A stretch of 64,000 bases of DNA. It comes from Aureliella sp. (GTDB lineage: Bacteria > Planctomycetota > Planctomycetia > Pirellulales > Pirellulaceae). The notes under the pieces were generated by a model that saw only the letters and a program-made list of their open reading frames with translations, was not told where the DNA came from and ran no database searches. Shown here one piece after another: positions 1-8,609 of this stretch (its first letter is position 1; every line of letters starts with the position of its first letter). The DNA is taken from positions 4,064,001-4,128,000 of the forward strand of contig OY829846.1 of the NCBI GenBank assembly GCA_963691875.1. The letters run 5' to 3'. The position numbers and the translations under genes are program-made.

Positions 1-1
1 T

Positions 2-670
2 GTAAAGATTCTTCCACTGAATCTCACCGCCGTGAGTTTGCAACTGGATGACACCCTTTGGATTCAACGCAGCCTTACGGTCCCAGAAGTTTTCCATGAT
101 CGCGTTGTCCACGACATGCTTGCCGTTGAGCCAAACACTAGTCCGAGCTCCCACTTGGACGATACGAAATGAATTCCATTCCCCAAAGGGTTTGTCGGCT
201 AGCTCCAACGGGTCCTTGCCTCGGGCTCCAGCTGTGTTATTCCACAGGCCGCCGCTACCCAGGTTAGCACCAAGCTTGAACTTGGCTTCTTCCGTACTGT
301 CCCAGATCTGAACTTGCGGCGTTCCACGCAAATAGATTCCGCTGTCAGCTCGAGCAACCGTTTTGTACTCTAGTCGCAACTCGATGTCACCGTACTCTTT
401 ATTGGTCGTCAAGAACACTCCATGACCGTCGTTCACAATGACTCCATCTTGGACGGACCAGTGGGTAGCCATATCCTTGTTCCAGGCGTCTTTTTTGGCT
501 TCCCCAGTATCTTCCCACTTGTTTGGATTTAAGTGTGGGCGACCGTGCCAGCCTTCGAAGTCTTTTCCGTTGAACAGGGCGGTGAAGCCCTCTGGTGCAT
601 CAGCAGCAAATAAGAAAGCAGATGGCAGCAACATTGCAATTACTGCGAGGGATCTCATGAAGGTACGCAT
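2..670 (-). CDS. DUF1080 (3-keto-disaccharide hydrolase-like) exported protein, 3' end beyond window
   Basis: Own translation from ATG at 670: MRTFMRSLAVIAMLLPSAFLFAADAPEGFTALFNGKDFEGW...GVIQLQTHGGEIQWKNLY. Signal peptide plus the LFNGKD-GW and IQLQ-HG motifs. The frame runs off the window edge. Confidence 0.85.
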   Translation of the reverse strand, partial: MRTFMRSLAVIAMLLPSAFLFAADAPEGFTALFNGKDFEGWHGRPHLNPNKWEDTGEAKKDAWNKDMATHWSVQDGVIVNDGHGVFLTTNKEYGDIELRLEYKTVARADSGIYLRGTPQVQIWDSTEEAKFKLGANLGSGGLWNNTAGARGKDPLELADKPFGEWNSFRIVQVGARTSVWLNGKHVVDNAIMENFWDRKAALNPKGVIQLQTHGGEIQWKNLY

Positions 671-774
671 AAGGTAGGCTCCGTGCGGGAGGTGGGAAGG
701 CGAGTTGTTGGAAACTTCAGCAATGGAATATTTTGCTTGGCATCGCTTGCTCCCGCAATGCAGCAACTATTCTC

Positions 775-799
775 GTAGCGGTTTTCGTCAGGAATTTTG
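775..799 (+). repeat. Degenerate REP-like palindrome, family A (GTAG-CGGAAGTC-GTCAA-GACTTTCG consensus)
   Basis: GTAGCGGTTTTCGTCAGGAATTTTG resembles the copies at 36903, 46005 and 59439. Confidence 0.4.
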
Positions 800-816
800 C
801 TCGTTGGACCCGTTGG

Positions 817-2199
817 CTACGGATCACGAACCCAGATCACATTCCAAGGATAAGAGCGCGCCAATTGATAGGCTTGGTCTTGCGTCTCAGCAAATATGCG
901 AAGGTCGTTTCTATTGAACTTGTTCAAATCGAGATCACCCAGAAACCGCCATTCGTGTTCTTGAGTCCAATCCATCGTCTTCCCACGAGCCTGAAAGAAG
1001 GGTTTTTCAGCAGCCGCCAAATTATCCCTTTCACCGGGTTCCCCGTAGATGACGGGTCGGCAGCCCATTTCCTCGAGCGCAGAGCGACGGATCAACAATC
1101 CATAGGGTTCCCAATCCCAGCGACCTAAGTGAGAGCGGAACACACGGCGACTTAAGAGCTCTGCTAAACCAACGGCCGAGAAGCTCACACATCGCTGGTC
1201 GCCCTGAGTTAGCCGAGATGACGCAACCAATCTCTCTTGAGCACATATCTGATTCAGAGAAATCCAAGGTGATGCAACGGCCGAGCGACCACGATGCATA
1301 GCATCTGCGACTTTCTCAGAAGAACTGGATGTGCGGGTGCAATGTGCCAACCATTCTGTCGATCCATTGGCTCCGGTTTCAAATGTAGCTAGCGACAGAC
1401 AGAATTGATAGGTACCTTGATGCTTTCGATGTTTACAATGAAACGCACACGAGGAGTCACTTGAGAGTGTTTTGTCAGAGTCGAGTACGTGCCAGCCCAC
1501 CGCGCCCCGATCCATCCAGTCCTGGACTTTCTCAAGCTCCTTGGGCTTAGATTCATCGATCGCAAGAAATACATAGCCAACTGAGAAGTGTTTAGAACGC
1601 TGCTCCGAGATTCTTCGCTCGATCAGGCTTTCCAGATTCCCACCCTTTCGAATCGACAGACCGAACACTCGATCTGCTAGGCCTATCAGAGTGGTATCGC
1701 GGAGTGGTTCTGCCAGTCGGGCTGGTTCTGATCCAAGGACTGGAGAAACAAATAGCAAGCGAGAAGGATCGGTTGATTCAGCGATTTGCTCTGAACAGTC
1801 CTTGATCCAACTCACAAGCTTTTGTTTTGGTTGTGAAAGCTTGAGTTCCACGGCGGGGACTCCAGCACGGTGAGCAAACTCCTGTGCAGCGTCTCCAAGC
1901 GTAGTCTCAGCATGATAGAGCAATTGAAAGCTATTCAATTGTATATCGCGAATGGCGAGCTCCAGTAGCTGCGGCCATCGGGGAACACGTTGTTGCCTGC
2001 GCCCAAGTCGCGAACAAACGATCGTTGCAAGTCTGATGCTTGCTCGTAGCAGAGAAGCATGACAAAGGACCCATCGTGAGCCAATCCAACCCGAAACTTG
2101 ACGATGAGCAATTTTATCTCTTGCAAGTGTGAATCCGAGACGCTCAATAGGCCTTAGAAAAGACTCAACTTCGTCGGGGAAAAGGAGATCATTTTGCAT
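817..2199 (-). CDS. Hypothetical protein: putative DprA-like SLOG domain plus AbiGi-like ADP-ribosyltransferase-fold domain
   Basis: 460-aa ORF. N-half motifs TIVCSR, LLFVSP, PLRDTTLIGLADRVFGLSIRKGGN and DRGAVGW parallel the DprA core. C-half motifs are AHCTR, CVSFS, YGL, GCRPVIYG and DWTQEHEWR. Confidence 0.6.
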   Translation of the reverse strand: MQNDLLFPDEVESFLRPIERLGFTLARDKIAHRQVSGWIGSRWVLCHASLLRASIRLATIVCSRLGRRQQRVPRWPQLLELAIRDIQLNSFQLLYHAETTLGDAAQEFAHRAGVPAVELKLSQPKQKLVSWIKDCSEQIAESTDPSRLLFVSPVLGSEPARLAEPLRDTTLIGLADRVFGLSIRKGGNLESLIERRISEQRSKHFSVGYVFLAIDESKPKELEKVQDWMDRGAVGWHVLDSDKTLSSDSSCAFHCKHRKHQGTYQFCLSLATFETGANGSTEWLAHCTRTSSSSEKVADAMHRGRSAVASPWISLNQICAQERLVASSRLTQGDQRCVSFSAVGLAELLSRRVFRSHLGRWDWEPYGLLIRRSALEEMGCRPVIYGEPGERDNLAAAEKPFFQARGKTMDWTQEHEWRFLGDLDLNKFNRNDLRIFAETQDQAYQLARSYPWNVIWVRDP

Positions 2200-2934
2200 T
2201 CAAGGTCTCGTTATCCCAACACTTTATTCTTTTGTTGCGAAGGATCACAAAGAAGATATCAATCAGCAGAAGAAAGATAGATGCTCGTGAAGAATAAGGT
2301 CCTTCGGAATATGAAAAGCTCAACGATTGAAAATCCAAATATCCTGGACCAGCATCAGGAAGCAATGAGAAGAACCACTATTCTGACGGTTGCTTCAGTG
2401 CGATTCAAGTAGAAGTAAGTTGCTTTGTCGCTTCCGGCCGTTTAAAGGTTACTTCGTAAACCGCAAGACAAGCAGGTAAATCGCGATTAGAACCAACCAC
2501 GGTCAGAAGATGAGAAGCCAAGGCAGGCTCGGCAAGAGTAGGCAGTGGAATAAAAAACGTTTTACTCAATAGTCTTGCCAGATCACTCCGTGTAGATTGC
2601 AGAATCGCCGAGTGCTGCATCGATCGTAGCGAGAGCTACCTGAAAGGCGTATCCGTGGAACTACTACGGCGAGAGAAAATCCCCTCAAGCATCAAGGCAA
2701 AAGCACAAGCAAGTGAGACTGTGTGCTCACTTCCGATGGCCTGATCCAGGCTTCTCGTTCAATGCCCATTCATAAACGCCGGCTCAGGTACGCAGTGAAT
2801 TTCGACTGTCGGAGTGAACCACTCCAGTGAACCGGAGTCAATTGAGCACATTGGACCTACTTTCGAATACAAGCAGAATAAGCTCGCGAGTAGATCTTGA
2901 TGCAAACGAGTGATTTCGTGCGTTCGAATCCAGA

Positions 2935-4005
2935 CTACAGCACGGGCAGGGCGGGGCCGTTGGGCTGAGCGGCAGCGCGATCGTTGATGCGCTCACACAT
3001 GGCCTGGACGATCTTATCCAGTGCGGGCTTGCAGACTGGATCCAGCACGGCGTTGCCGATTCGCCCTTCGTCGGATTCTGCACGCATTTGCATGTTAAGG
3101 GGCACGTCACCCAAGAAAGCGACCTTTGATTCCTCGGCTTTGAGACGTGCGCCGCCATGACCGAAGATGTCGTAGCGCTTGCCGTTGTCAGGGCAGATAA
3201 AGCCACTCATGTTCTCAACCATTCCCAACACTGGAATCTTGGTCTTGGCGAACATCGCAATCGCTTTCACAGCATCGAGTAAGGCGACTTGTTGCGGTGT
3301 ACAGACCACGACGGAGCCCGTAACCGGAATCATCTGCGATAGTGTGAGAGCGATGTCGCCTGTTCCCGGAGGCATATCGATGATTAAGTAATCGAGTGCG
3401 CCCCAATAGGTGTCGCGCAAGAACTGAGTGATTGCGCCGTGTAGCATAGGACCGCGCCAGATCACGGCTTGGTCTTCTTCGACCATGAATCCCATAGACA
3501 TCACGGCAATCTTCTCGTAATAGATTGGCTGGATCTTCCCGTTCATCACTTCTGGGCGACCTGAAATACCCAGCAGATGCGGGATGCTTGGACCGTAAAC
3601 ATCCGCGTCCATCAAACCAACTTTGCACCCCATGTTGGATAGAGTGAGTGCGATTGATGTGGCAATCGTGCTCTTGCCTACACCCCCTTTACCCGATCCA
3701 ACCGCAATGACGCTTTTCGCGGAAAGTCCAATTTGCCCCAAAGGTACAGGTGGACGATCCAGTTCAGAAAACTGAACGTCGACATCTTCGGCTCCGGCTC
3801 TACAAGTTTTAGCTGTTTCCAGAATACGATCTCGAAAACTGTCTTGAACAGGAAGACTGTGTGTGGAAAGTGAAACAGAACAAACTACCTTCTCGCCTTG
3901 AACTTCGACTCCTTCAAGCTGACCTGTTGAGCCAATGGTGCGTCCGGTTTCAGGATCTTTTAGATCGGAAAGTGCAGTTTGGATGATTTCCAGGTTCACA
4001 GACAT
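2935..4005 (-). CDS. mrp: Mrp/NBP35 family Fe-S cluster carrier ATPase (ApbC) with N-terminal DUF59
   Basis: GSGKGGVGKST Walker A, DADVYGPS, IWRGPM, DMPPGTGD, ENMSGFICPDNG. N-terminal LSDLKDPETG. Start taken at the ATG of MSVNLE. Confidence 0.95.
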   Translation of the reverse strand: MSVNLEIIQTALSDLKDPETGRTIGSTGQLEGVEVQGEKVVCSVSLSTHSLPVQDSFRDRILETAKTCRAGAEDVDVQFSELDRPPVPLGQIGLSAKSVIAVGSGKGGVGKSTIATSIALTLSNMGCKVGLMDADVYGPSIPHLLGISGRPEVMNGKIQPIYYEKIAVMSMGFMVEEDQAVIWRGPMLHGAITQFLRDTYWGALDYLIIDMPPGTGDIALTLSQMIPVTGSVVVCTPQQVALLDAVKAIAMFAKTKIPVLGMVENMSGFICPDNGKRYDIFGHGGARLKAEESKVAFLGDVPLNMQMRAESDEGRIGNAVLDPVCKPALDKIVQAMCERINDRAAAQPNGPALPVL

Positions 4006-4047
4006 CGATTTGCAAAGTGCCAAAGGGAATGAGTTATTGGGGAATGA

Positions 4048-4530
4048 TTATTCAGCTAGCTCCGGCCATGGCAATCGCTCGACAATTCCCGATACCAGCG
4101 GATGCGAACCATGTTCGGCAAGCGGAATTGGTAATGGCGATCGAGCCAAAATCTTCTCAAGGCCTTTTTGTAATGATGGTAGCTGTGTGACTACTAGTTG
4201 TGCACCCGCCTCGACCAGAATCCCAGAGCAATGGCTCAAGTTCGGCTGGAGCCAAACAAGGCAAACAGGCTTCGGTTCCTTCAGCCGGTCAGCTTGAATG
4301 GCGGAAATCGTTGACTCAAGGTTTTCATGGTCCTGCACGCGCCAGAGCATAAGTCCAACGTCTCTGAGGTCAGTCGCTTCTTCCGCTCGCGAATTAGTGG
4401 CGACAAACTGATGTGTTACGCCGAGAAAATCGCATCGCTCGCGTAATATCTGAGAAACAAGCGTCGGAAGCACCTCGCTTGGATCAAAAGCCGTCCAGCG
4501 AAGTTGCTTTTCGAACAACAGCTCTTTCAT
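4048..4530 (-). CDS. Hypothetical protein, possibly a degenerate receiver-like alpha/beta fold
   Basis: 160-aa ORF co-oriented with mrp and just upstream of it. The LVEAGAQLVV segment resembles receiver alpha4-beta5. Confidence 0.6.
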   Translation of the reverse strand: MKELLFEKQLRWTAFDPSEVLPTLVSQILRERCDFLGVTHQFVATNSRAEEATDLRDVGLMLWRVQDHENLESTISAIQADRLKEPKPVCLVWLQPNLSHCSGILVEAGAQLVVTQLPSLQKGLEKILARSPLPIPLAEHGSHPLVSGIVERLPWPELAE

Positions 4531-4757
4531 CTTCTTTCAATGCTCTCGCTGAGGCCTGGCAATGAGCCCGCGTCCGTTAAGATTCATACTGGCAGCGAGA
4601 AACGGCACGAACTCTGCTGCATCTTTCCATACTTGAGCTATTAGCTAGCATTTGAACTGACCAAGCATTCCATCACTCTTTCATCTGGAATTGACACTCC
4701 AATAGCAACTCGCAATTATCCGAAGTCGATGGTTATCGATTCGAAGGAAGGATTCTA

Positions 4758-5408
4758 ATGGGCATCGTCAACCACGGTATACCACGCGAGATTGTAGTGC
4801 AGTTGGCTCACTTGGCCGACGCAACGACTTTTGTCGAGACTGGGACCTTCCAAGGTAACACAACTCGTTGGGCGGCTGAAATCTTCGAATCAGTGCATAC
4901 CATTGAATTGGCCAAAGTGCTTTACGACTCCTATCACGAGGATTTGGAAAAGATCCCGGGCGTCAAGCCGCACTTTGGTGATTCAGCAGAAGTCATGCCA
5001 GAGATCGTTCTTACGCTCGGCGGCGAAGCGGCATTGTTCTGGCTCGACGGACACTGGTCGGGCGGCGACACAGCAGGCGAAGAGCAAGAGTGTCCCATCA
5101 TGGATGAACTCCTTTGCCTAAAAGATCGACACCAGGATCTGATTCTGATCGATGATGCTCGGCTATTCTTGTGTGCCCCGCCCCTTCCACACAAAGCGGA
5201 ACAGTGGCCGACGATTGCCGATATCTCACTTGTGTTTGGCCACGAGCGTTTCCTCCAAGTGATCGACGATGTCATCTTCATTGTGCCGCGGCAGCAGGAA
5301 ATGAAAGAACTGTTGATTGGCTACGCTCAAGCACAAGCCGCCGAGCAACTGAAACAGGCAAAGCCTCCTACTTTCAGCCGTCTCGCCAAGAAACTACTCA
5401 GGCAGTAG
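4758..5408 (+). CDS. Putative class I SAM-dependent methyltransferase
   Basis: FVETGTFQG (motif I), HTIEL, FGDS, FWLDGHWSGG, ILIDDAR. SD-like GAAGGA before the ATG. Confidence 0.75.
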   Translation: MGIVNHGIPREIVVQLAHLADATTFVETGTFQGNTTRWAAEIFESVHTIELAKVLYDSYHEDLEKIPGVKPHFGDSAEVMPEIVLTLGGEAALFWLDGHWSGGDTAGEEQECPIMDELLCLKDRHQDLILIDDARLFLCAPPLPHKAEQWPTIADISLVFGHERFLQVIDDVIFIVPRQQEMKELLIGYAQAQAAEQLKQAKPPTFSRLAKKLLRQ

Positions 5409-5422
5409 TCAACGTTTGTAGT

Positions 5423-5557
5423 TAGCCGCAGTGCGTTAGCACCGATTCTACCGCCAAAAGGGTGCGAGCAAAAAAAACAATTCCAAGGCAAGCCGGCGCC
5501 TGAGGCTCGGCGTTAAACGATTACTTGCGCAAGAGGCCAGGCTCTAGCCGCAGTGCG
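5423..5557. repeat. REP-like cluster: two TAGCCGCAGTGCG copies (5423, 5545) flanking a family C repeat (5489-5520)
   Basis: Direct repeat TAGCCGCAGTGCG. CAAGCCGGCGCCTGAGGCTCGGCGTTAAACGA recurs at 9942, 12484 (inverted) and 59501. Lies between convergent genes. Confidence 0.7.
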
Positions 5558-5582
5558 GGCATTTTACCACCTGTCCTTCATT

Positions 5583-6059
5583 TTAATCTTCGAGCAGAAA
5601 GCTCATATGCATCTCGGCATGGCGCAAGTTAAATGAATCCCACTCCGCATTGGTGATCTTGCCGAAGGCAGGGTGCATGGTGCGATCTTCAGTATCTTTC
5701 TGGCGCTGAATGGCCTTACGGAGTTCACCAAGTCCCTCAGCGACGCTGACTTCGTTGGGCTGAAACTCGCCTGCCGCTTTAAAGCCCGCCGGTACACCTT
5801 GGTTCAAGTACCTATTCTTCAAGAAAGTAGAGAGAACCCAACGCAGGGGAGCTGGTAGAGCACGATTGCCATCAATACACGCGTCCAACGACTTGGCCAC
5901 GTGTGAATAGATCTCGCCCTGCGACCAATTTCCTAGAGTTCGCACCTGCATAGAAGCCAAGCGCTCTGCATCGTAGAGTAGATTGTCGAGCGATTTGTAG
6001 CGGACCTTTCTACGCACCGCGACCTTTCGCATTTTAATGGGTTTCTGTGAGTTGCTCAT
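5583..6059 (-). CDS. DUF1569 / DinB-like protein
   Basis: GNWSQGEIYSHVA and HPAFGKITNAEWDSFNLRHAEMHMSFL motifs. Confidence 0.85.
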   Translation of the reverse strand: MSNSQKPIKMRKVAVRRKVRYKSLDNLLYDAERLASMQVRTLGNWSQGEIYSHVAKSLDACIDGNRALPAPLRWVLSTFLKNRYLNQGVPAGFKAAGEFQPNEVSVAEGLGELRKAIQRQKDTEDRTMHPAFGKITNAEWDSFNLRHAEMHMSFLLED

Positions 6060-6209
6060 GGCGGAAGCATAGCGTTGTGGGATCGATGAGTCGATCGTAC
6101 TTACGGGTGGCTTTCAAACCTGGGTAGACCGCTAGTGGGATTCGCCCGAATTTCCTGATCCAGAGGATTTTTAGCGAAATCCATTCCAACCAATCCGATT
6201 CAGCTCTGA

Positions 6210-8594
6210 CTATTTACCGGCCGACCCCACAATTTTCACCTTGTGCCAATAAGCCCATTCATTGGCCCAATTGTTCGCACGATTTTCCAACGTTAGCTGT
6301 ACCTTCTGGCCAGCAAACTTCGACAAGTCCACTTCTACATCAAGCCACTCGTTGTCCCCAACCGTCTTGCTGGACACGAGTGATTCAAAAATTACTTCGG
6401 GCTGTTTCTTATCAATGGAGGCCAACACACGCAGCTGCCAGTCACCGTGCGGGTGGTGGCTGACGCTCAGTTGTAGCTCGGACTTCCCGTTCGGCACGCT
6501 GATACTTCGCGTCAGCCGACTAGGCGTCTTTCGGTCGAGTGGGTGCGTCTGGACTGCGACACGATTTCGGAACGCAGAGTGTTTGACGACTCCACCTTCG
6601 CCCACATCGGCTACCTTAAACTCAGGCGCGACCGCCTGAATATTTTGCTGCCAATTCTTGCTGTTCCTTGGCGTCTTTATAGGTTTGGTTGGAGTTGGTT
6701 GATTCCCGGTTGCCATCCGCTTTGCCACGAATCCTTGGATGGCTGGAATCTTCCCGGTCACGGCTAACTTCAAGGCCTTTGCTTGGTTCTTTGGGACCAT
6801 AGGCTCCAAAGCAAACCAATACATACGAGGCAGATTGTTGTCACCAATGTCTTCGCTGTGGGACAGCAAGCCAGCCAGGACCTCCCAACGATCTTTAAAG
6901 GCCAAGCGTTGGGCCGCCGAGGCCAAGTAAAGTCGCACTACAGGAGAAGCATCGCTGCGAGCCATCTCAGCGAACTTGGCGAGGATGGTGGCATCGACAA
7001 CCGACTCTGTCGCAGCACTTGCGTCTTGAAATGCGTTCAGTGGGCTGGCATCGCAGAGAAACTGAATCGACCAAGAACGCACGTACTTGTCGTCATGGTC
7101 AAGCAGCGTGACCAAGTCCTGGGTTTCAAGAGCTCCGATCGAATATAAAGCCCAAAGAGCACGCAGTCGCTTTGGACTGCTGCTGGCTCGCTGCATCATA
7201 GTAGTTAATTGCTTGACTACAGTGGCCATATCAAGCTTGCCAGCGTGAGCACGCGATTGCAACAGAGTGCGAGCATGACGGACATACCAGTCATTTGAGT
7301 TCCATTGCAACTCGACCAACTGTGCGTCGGTCATCTTGGTTAAATCAGGTGTGGCGCTAGCGGGCACCCCCTTCGGCATGATGCGATAGATACGGCCGCT
7401 ATTCGGAAAGTTGACTTGGTTTCCGCAGACATCTGTATCATGCCAGTCCAAGATGTAGATGCCGCCTTCGGGACCGGTTTCCACACTGAAACCAACCCAA
7501 GCCATATCATTTGTCGGCAAAAAATCGTCGCCTTCTTTGCCGATGAACGTCGAGCCCTTGGGTTCGAGTATATCTGTCAGGACTGCATGTTCATGGATGT
7601 TGCACATGAACAAGCGGTCGCGATACTTCTGCGGAAAAGTGTCCGCCAAATAAACACGCGCTCCGCCGTGCGCAGACAAGTGCGTATGTGTACGGATCGT
7701 CTTGATGTCGTCGTAAATGTACGGATTTACATGGGGCTTGCTCTGCTTGTGATAGACGCCGCCCAACACGATATGGAACAAGTGGGGAATCACACAGCAA
7801 GTGGTAAAACTCTGGCCATGATCGTTGAAGTCAAAGCCCCAGGGATTGGATAGTCCGCGAGCAAAAATCTCAAACTTATCGCGAGTAGGGTGATAACGCC
7901 AGATTCCGCCATCGATAAATTGTCGCGCGGAGTCATCGTCGCCAGGCTTGCCAACCATCGATTCCGTGAACACACCGTGGCACCCGTAGAGCCAACCGTC
8001 GGGACCCCAAATGAAACTATTCAGCGTCTCGTGACGATCATTGATGCCCCAGCCATCCAGCAAAACTCGTGGTGGACCATCTGGAACGTCGTCGCCGTCA
8101 GCATCAGGAATAAAAGTCAAATTCGGTGGCGACCCGACATAGATGCCTCCAAAGCCAACGGCTAAACCAGAGGTAAAGGTCAGCGTGTCGGTGAAAGTTT
8201 TCTTCTTGTCGAAAACCCCGTCGCCGTCCGTGTCTTCGAGGATTTGAATACGACTAACAGGATCATTCGTGTGATTCCGGCGAGTGCGATAATTGAAATT
8301 CTCTGCGACCCAAAGTCGCCCTTTGTGATCGAAGCAAAATCCGATCGGCTCAGCGATGTCAGGTTCCGAAGCGTAAATCGAAACTTCGAAACCTTCTGGA
8401 ATCGCCATCTGTTTGACAGCTTCGGCTGGCGTCAGAAAAGGAGCATTGCTTGTTTTATGTTGCTTGAGCGGCAGCTTGTTGCGTGATTCCATCTTGTCGC
8501 TTGGATCTTCGGCTCGTGCCAAGCAGGATAGCAAGCTCAACATCAAGGTCAGGCAAGCTAGAAACTTCGAGTGCATTCGTTCATTTCGCTTCAT
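6210..8594 (-). CDS. PVC-type membrane-bound dehydrogenase beta-propeller + HEAT repeats + C-terminal jelly-roll domain (no heme motif)
   Basis: Signal peptide. PEGFEVSIYASEPDIAEP, GRLWVAE, LEDTDGDGVFD, WGPDGWLYG, NPWGFDF, GPEGGIYILDWHD, HEAT-like RLRALWAL. No CxxCH. GGGAG SD 8 nt before ATG 8594. Confidence 0.85.
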   Translation of the reverse strand: MKRNERMHSKFLACLTLMLSLLSCLARAEDPSDKMESRNKLPLKQHKTSNAPFLTPAEAVKQMAIPEGFEVSIYASEPDIAEPIGFCFDHKGRLWVAENFNYRTRRNHTNDPVSRIQILEDTDGDGVFDKKKTFTDTLTFTSGLAVGFGGIYVGSPPNLTFIPDADGDDVPDGPPRVLLDGWGINDRHETLNSFIWGPDGWLYGCHGVFTESMVGKPGDDDSARQFIDGGIWRYHPTRDKFEIFARGLSNPWGFDFNDHGQSFTTCCVIPHLFHIVLGGVYHKQSKPHVNPYIYDDIKTIRTHTHLSAHGGARVYLADTFPQKYRDRLFMCNIHEHAVLTDILEPKGSTFIGKEGDDFLPTNDMAWVGFSVETGPEGGIYILDWHDTDVCGNQVNFPNSGRIYRIMPKGVPASATPDLTKMTDAQLVELQWNSNDWYVRHARTLLQSRAHAGKLDMATVVKQLTTMMQRASSSPKRLRALWALYSIGALETQDLVTLLDHDDKYVRSWSIQFLCDASPLNAFQDASAATESVVDATILAKFAEMARSDASPVVRLYLASAAQRLAFKDRWEVLAGLLSHSEDIGDNNLPRMYWFALEPMVPKNQAKALKLAVTGKIPAIQGFVAKRMATGNQPTPTKPIKTPRNSKNWQQNIQAVAPEFKVADVGEGGVVKHSAFRNRVAVQTHPLDRKTPSRLTRSISVPNGKSELQLSVSHHPHGDWQLRVLASIDKKQPEVIFESLVSSKTVGDNEWLDVEVDLSKFAGQKVQLTLENRANNWANEWAYWHKVKIVGSAGK

Positions 8595-8609
8595 TTCCAA
8601 TTCTCCCGC

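Noticed and set aside
718..730. Sigma-54-like TGGCATCGCTTGC
   Set aside because: GG-GC spacing is 8 rather than 10 nt, and no + strand gene follows.
2915..2935. tRNA-like GTTCGAATC motifs (also near 12222)
   Set aside because: No T-stem, cloverleaf or acceptor stem.
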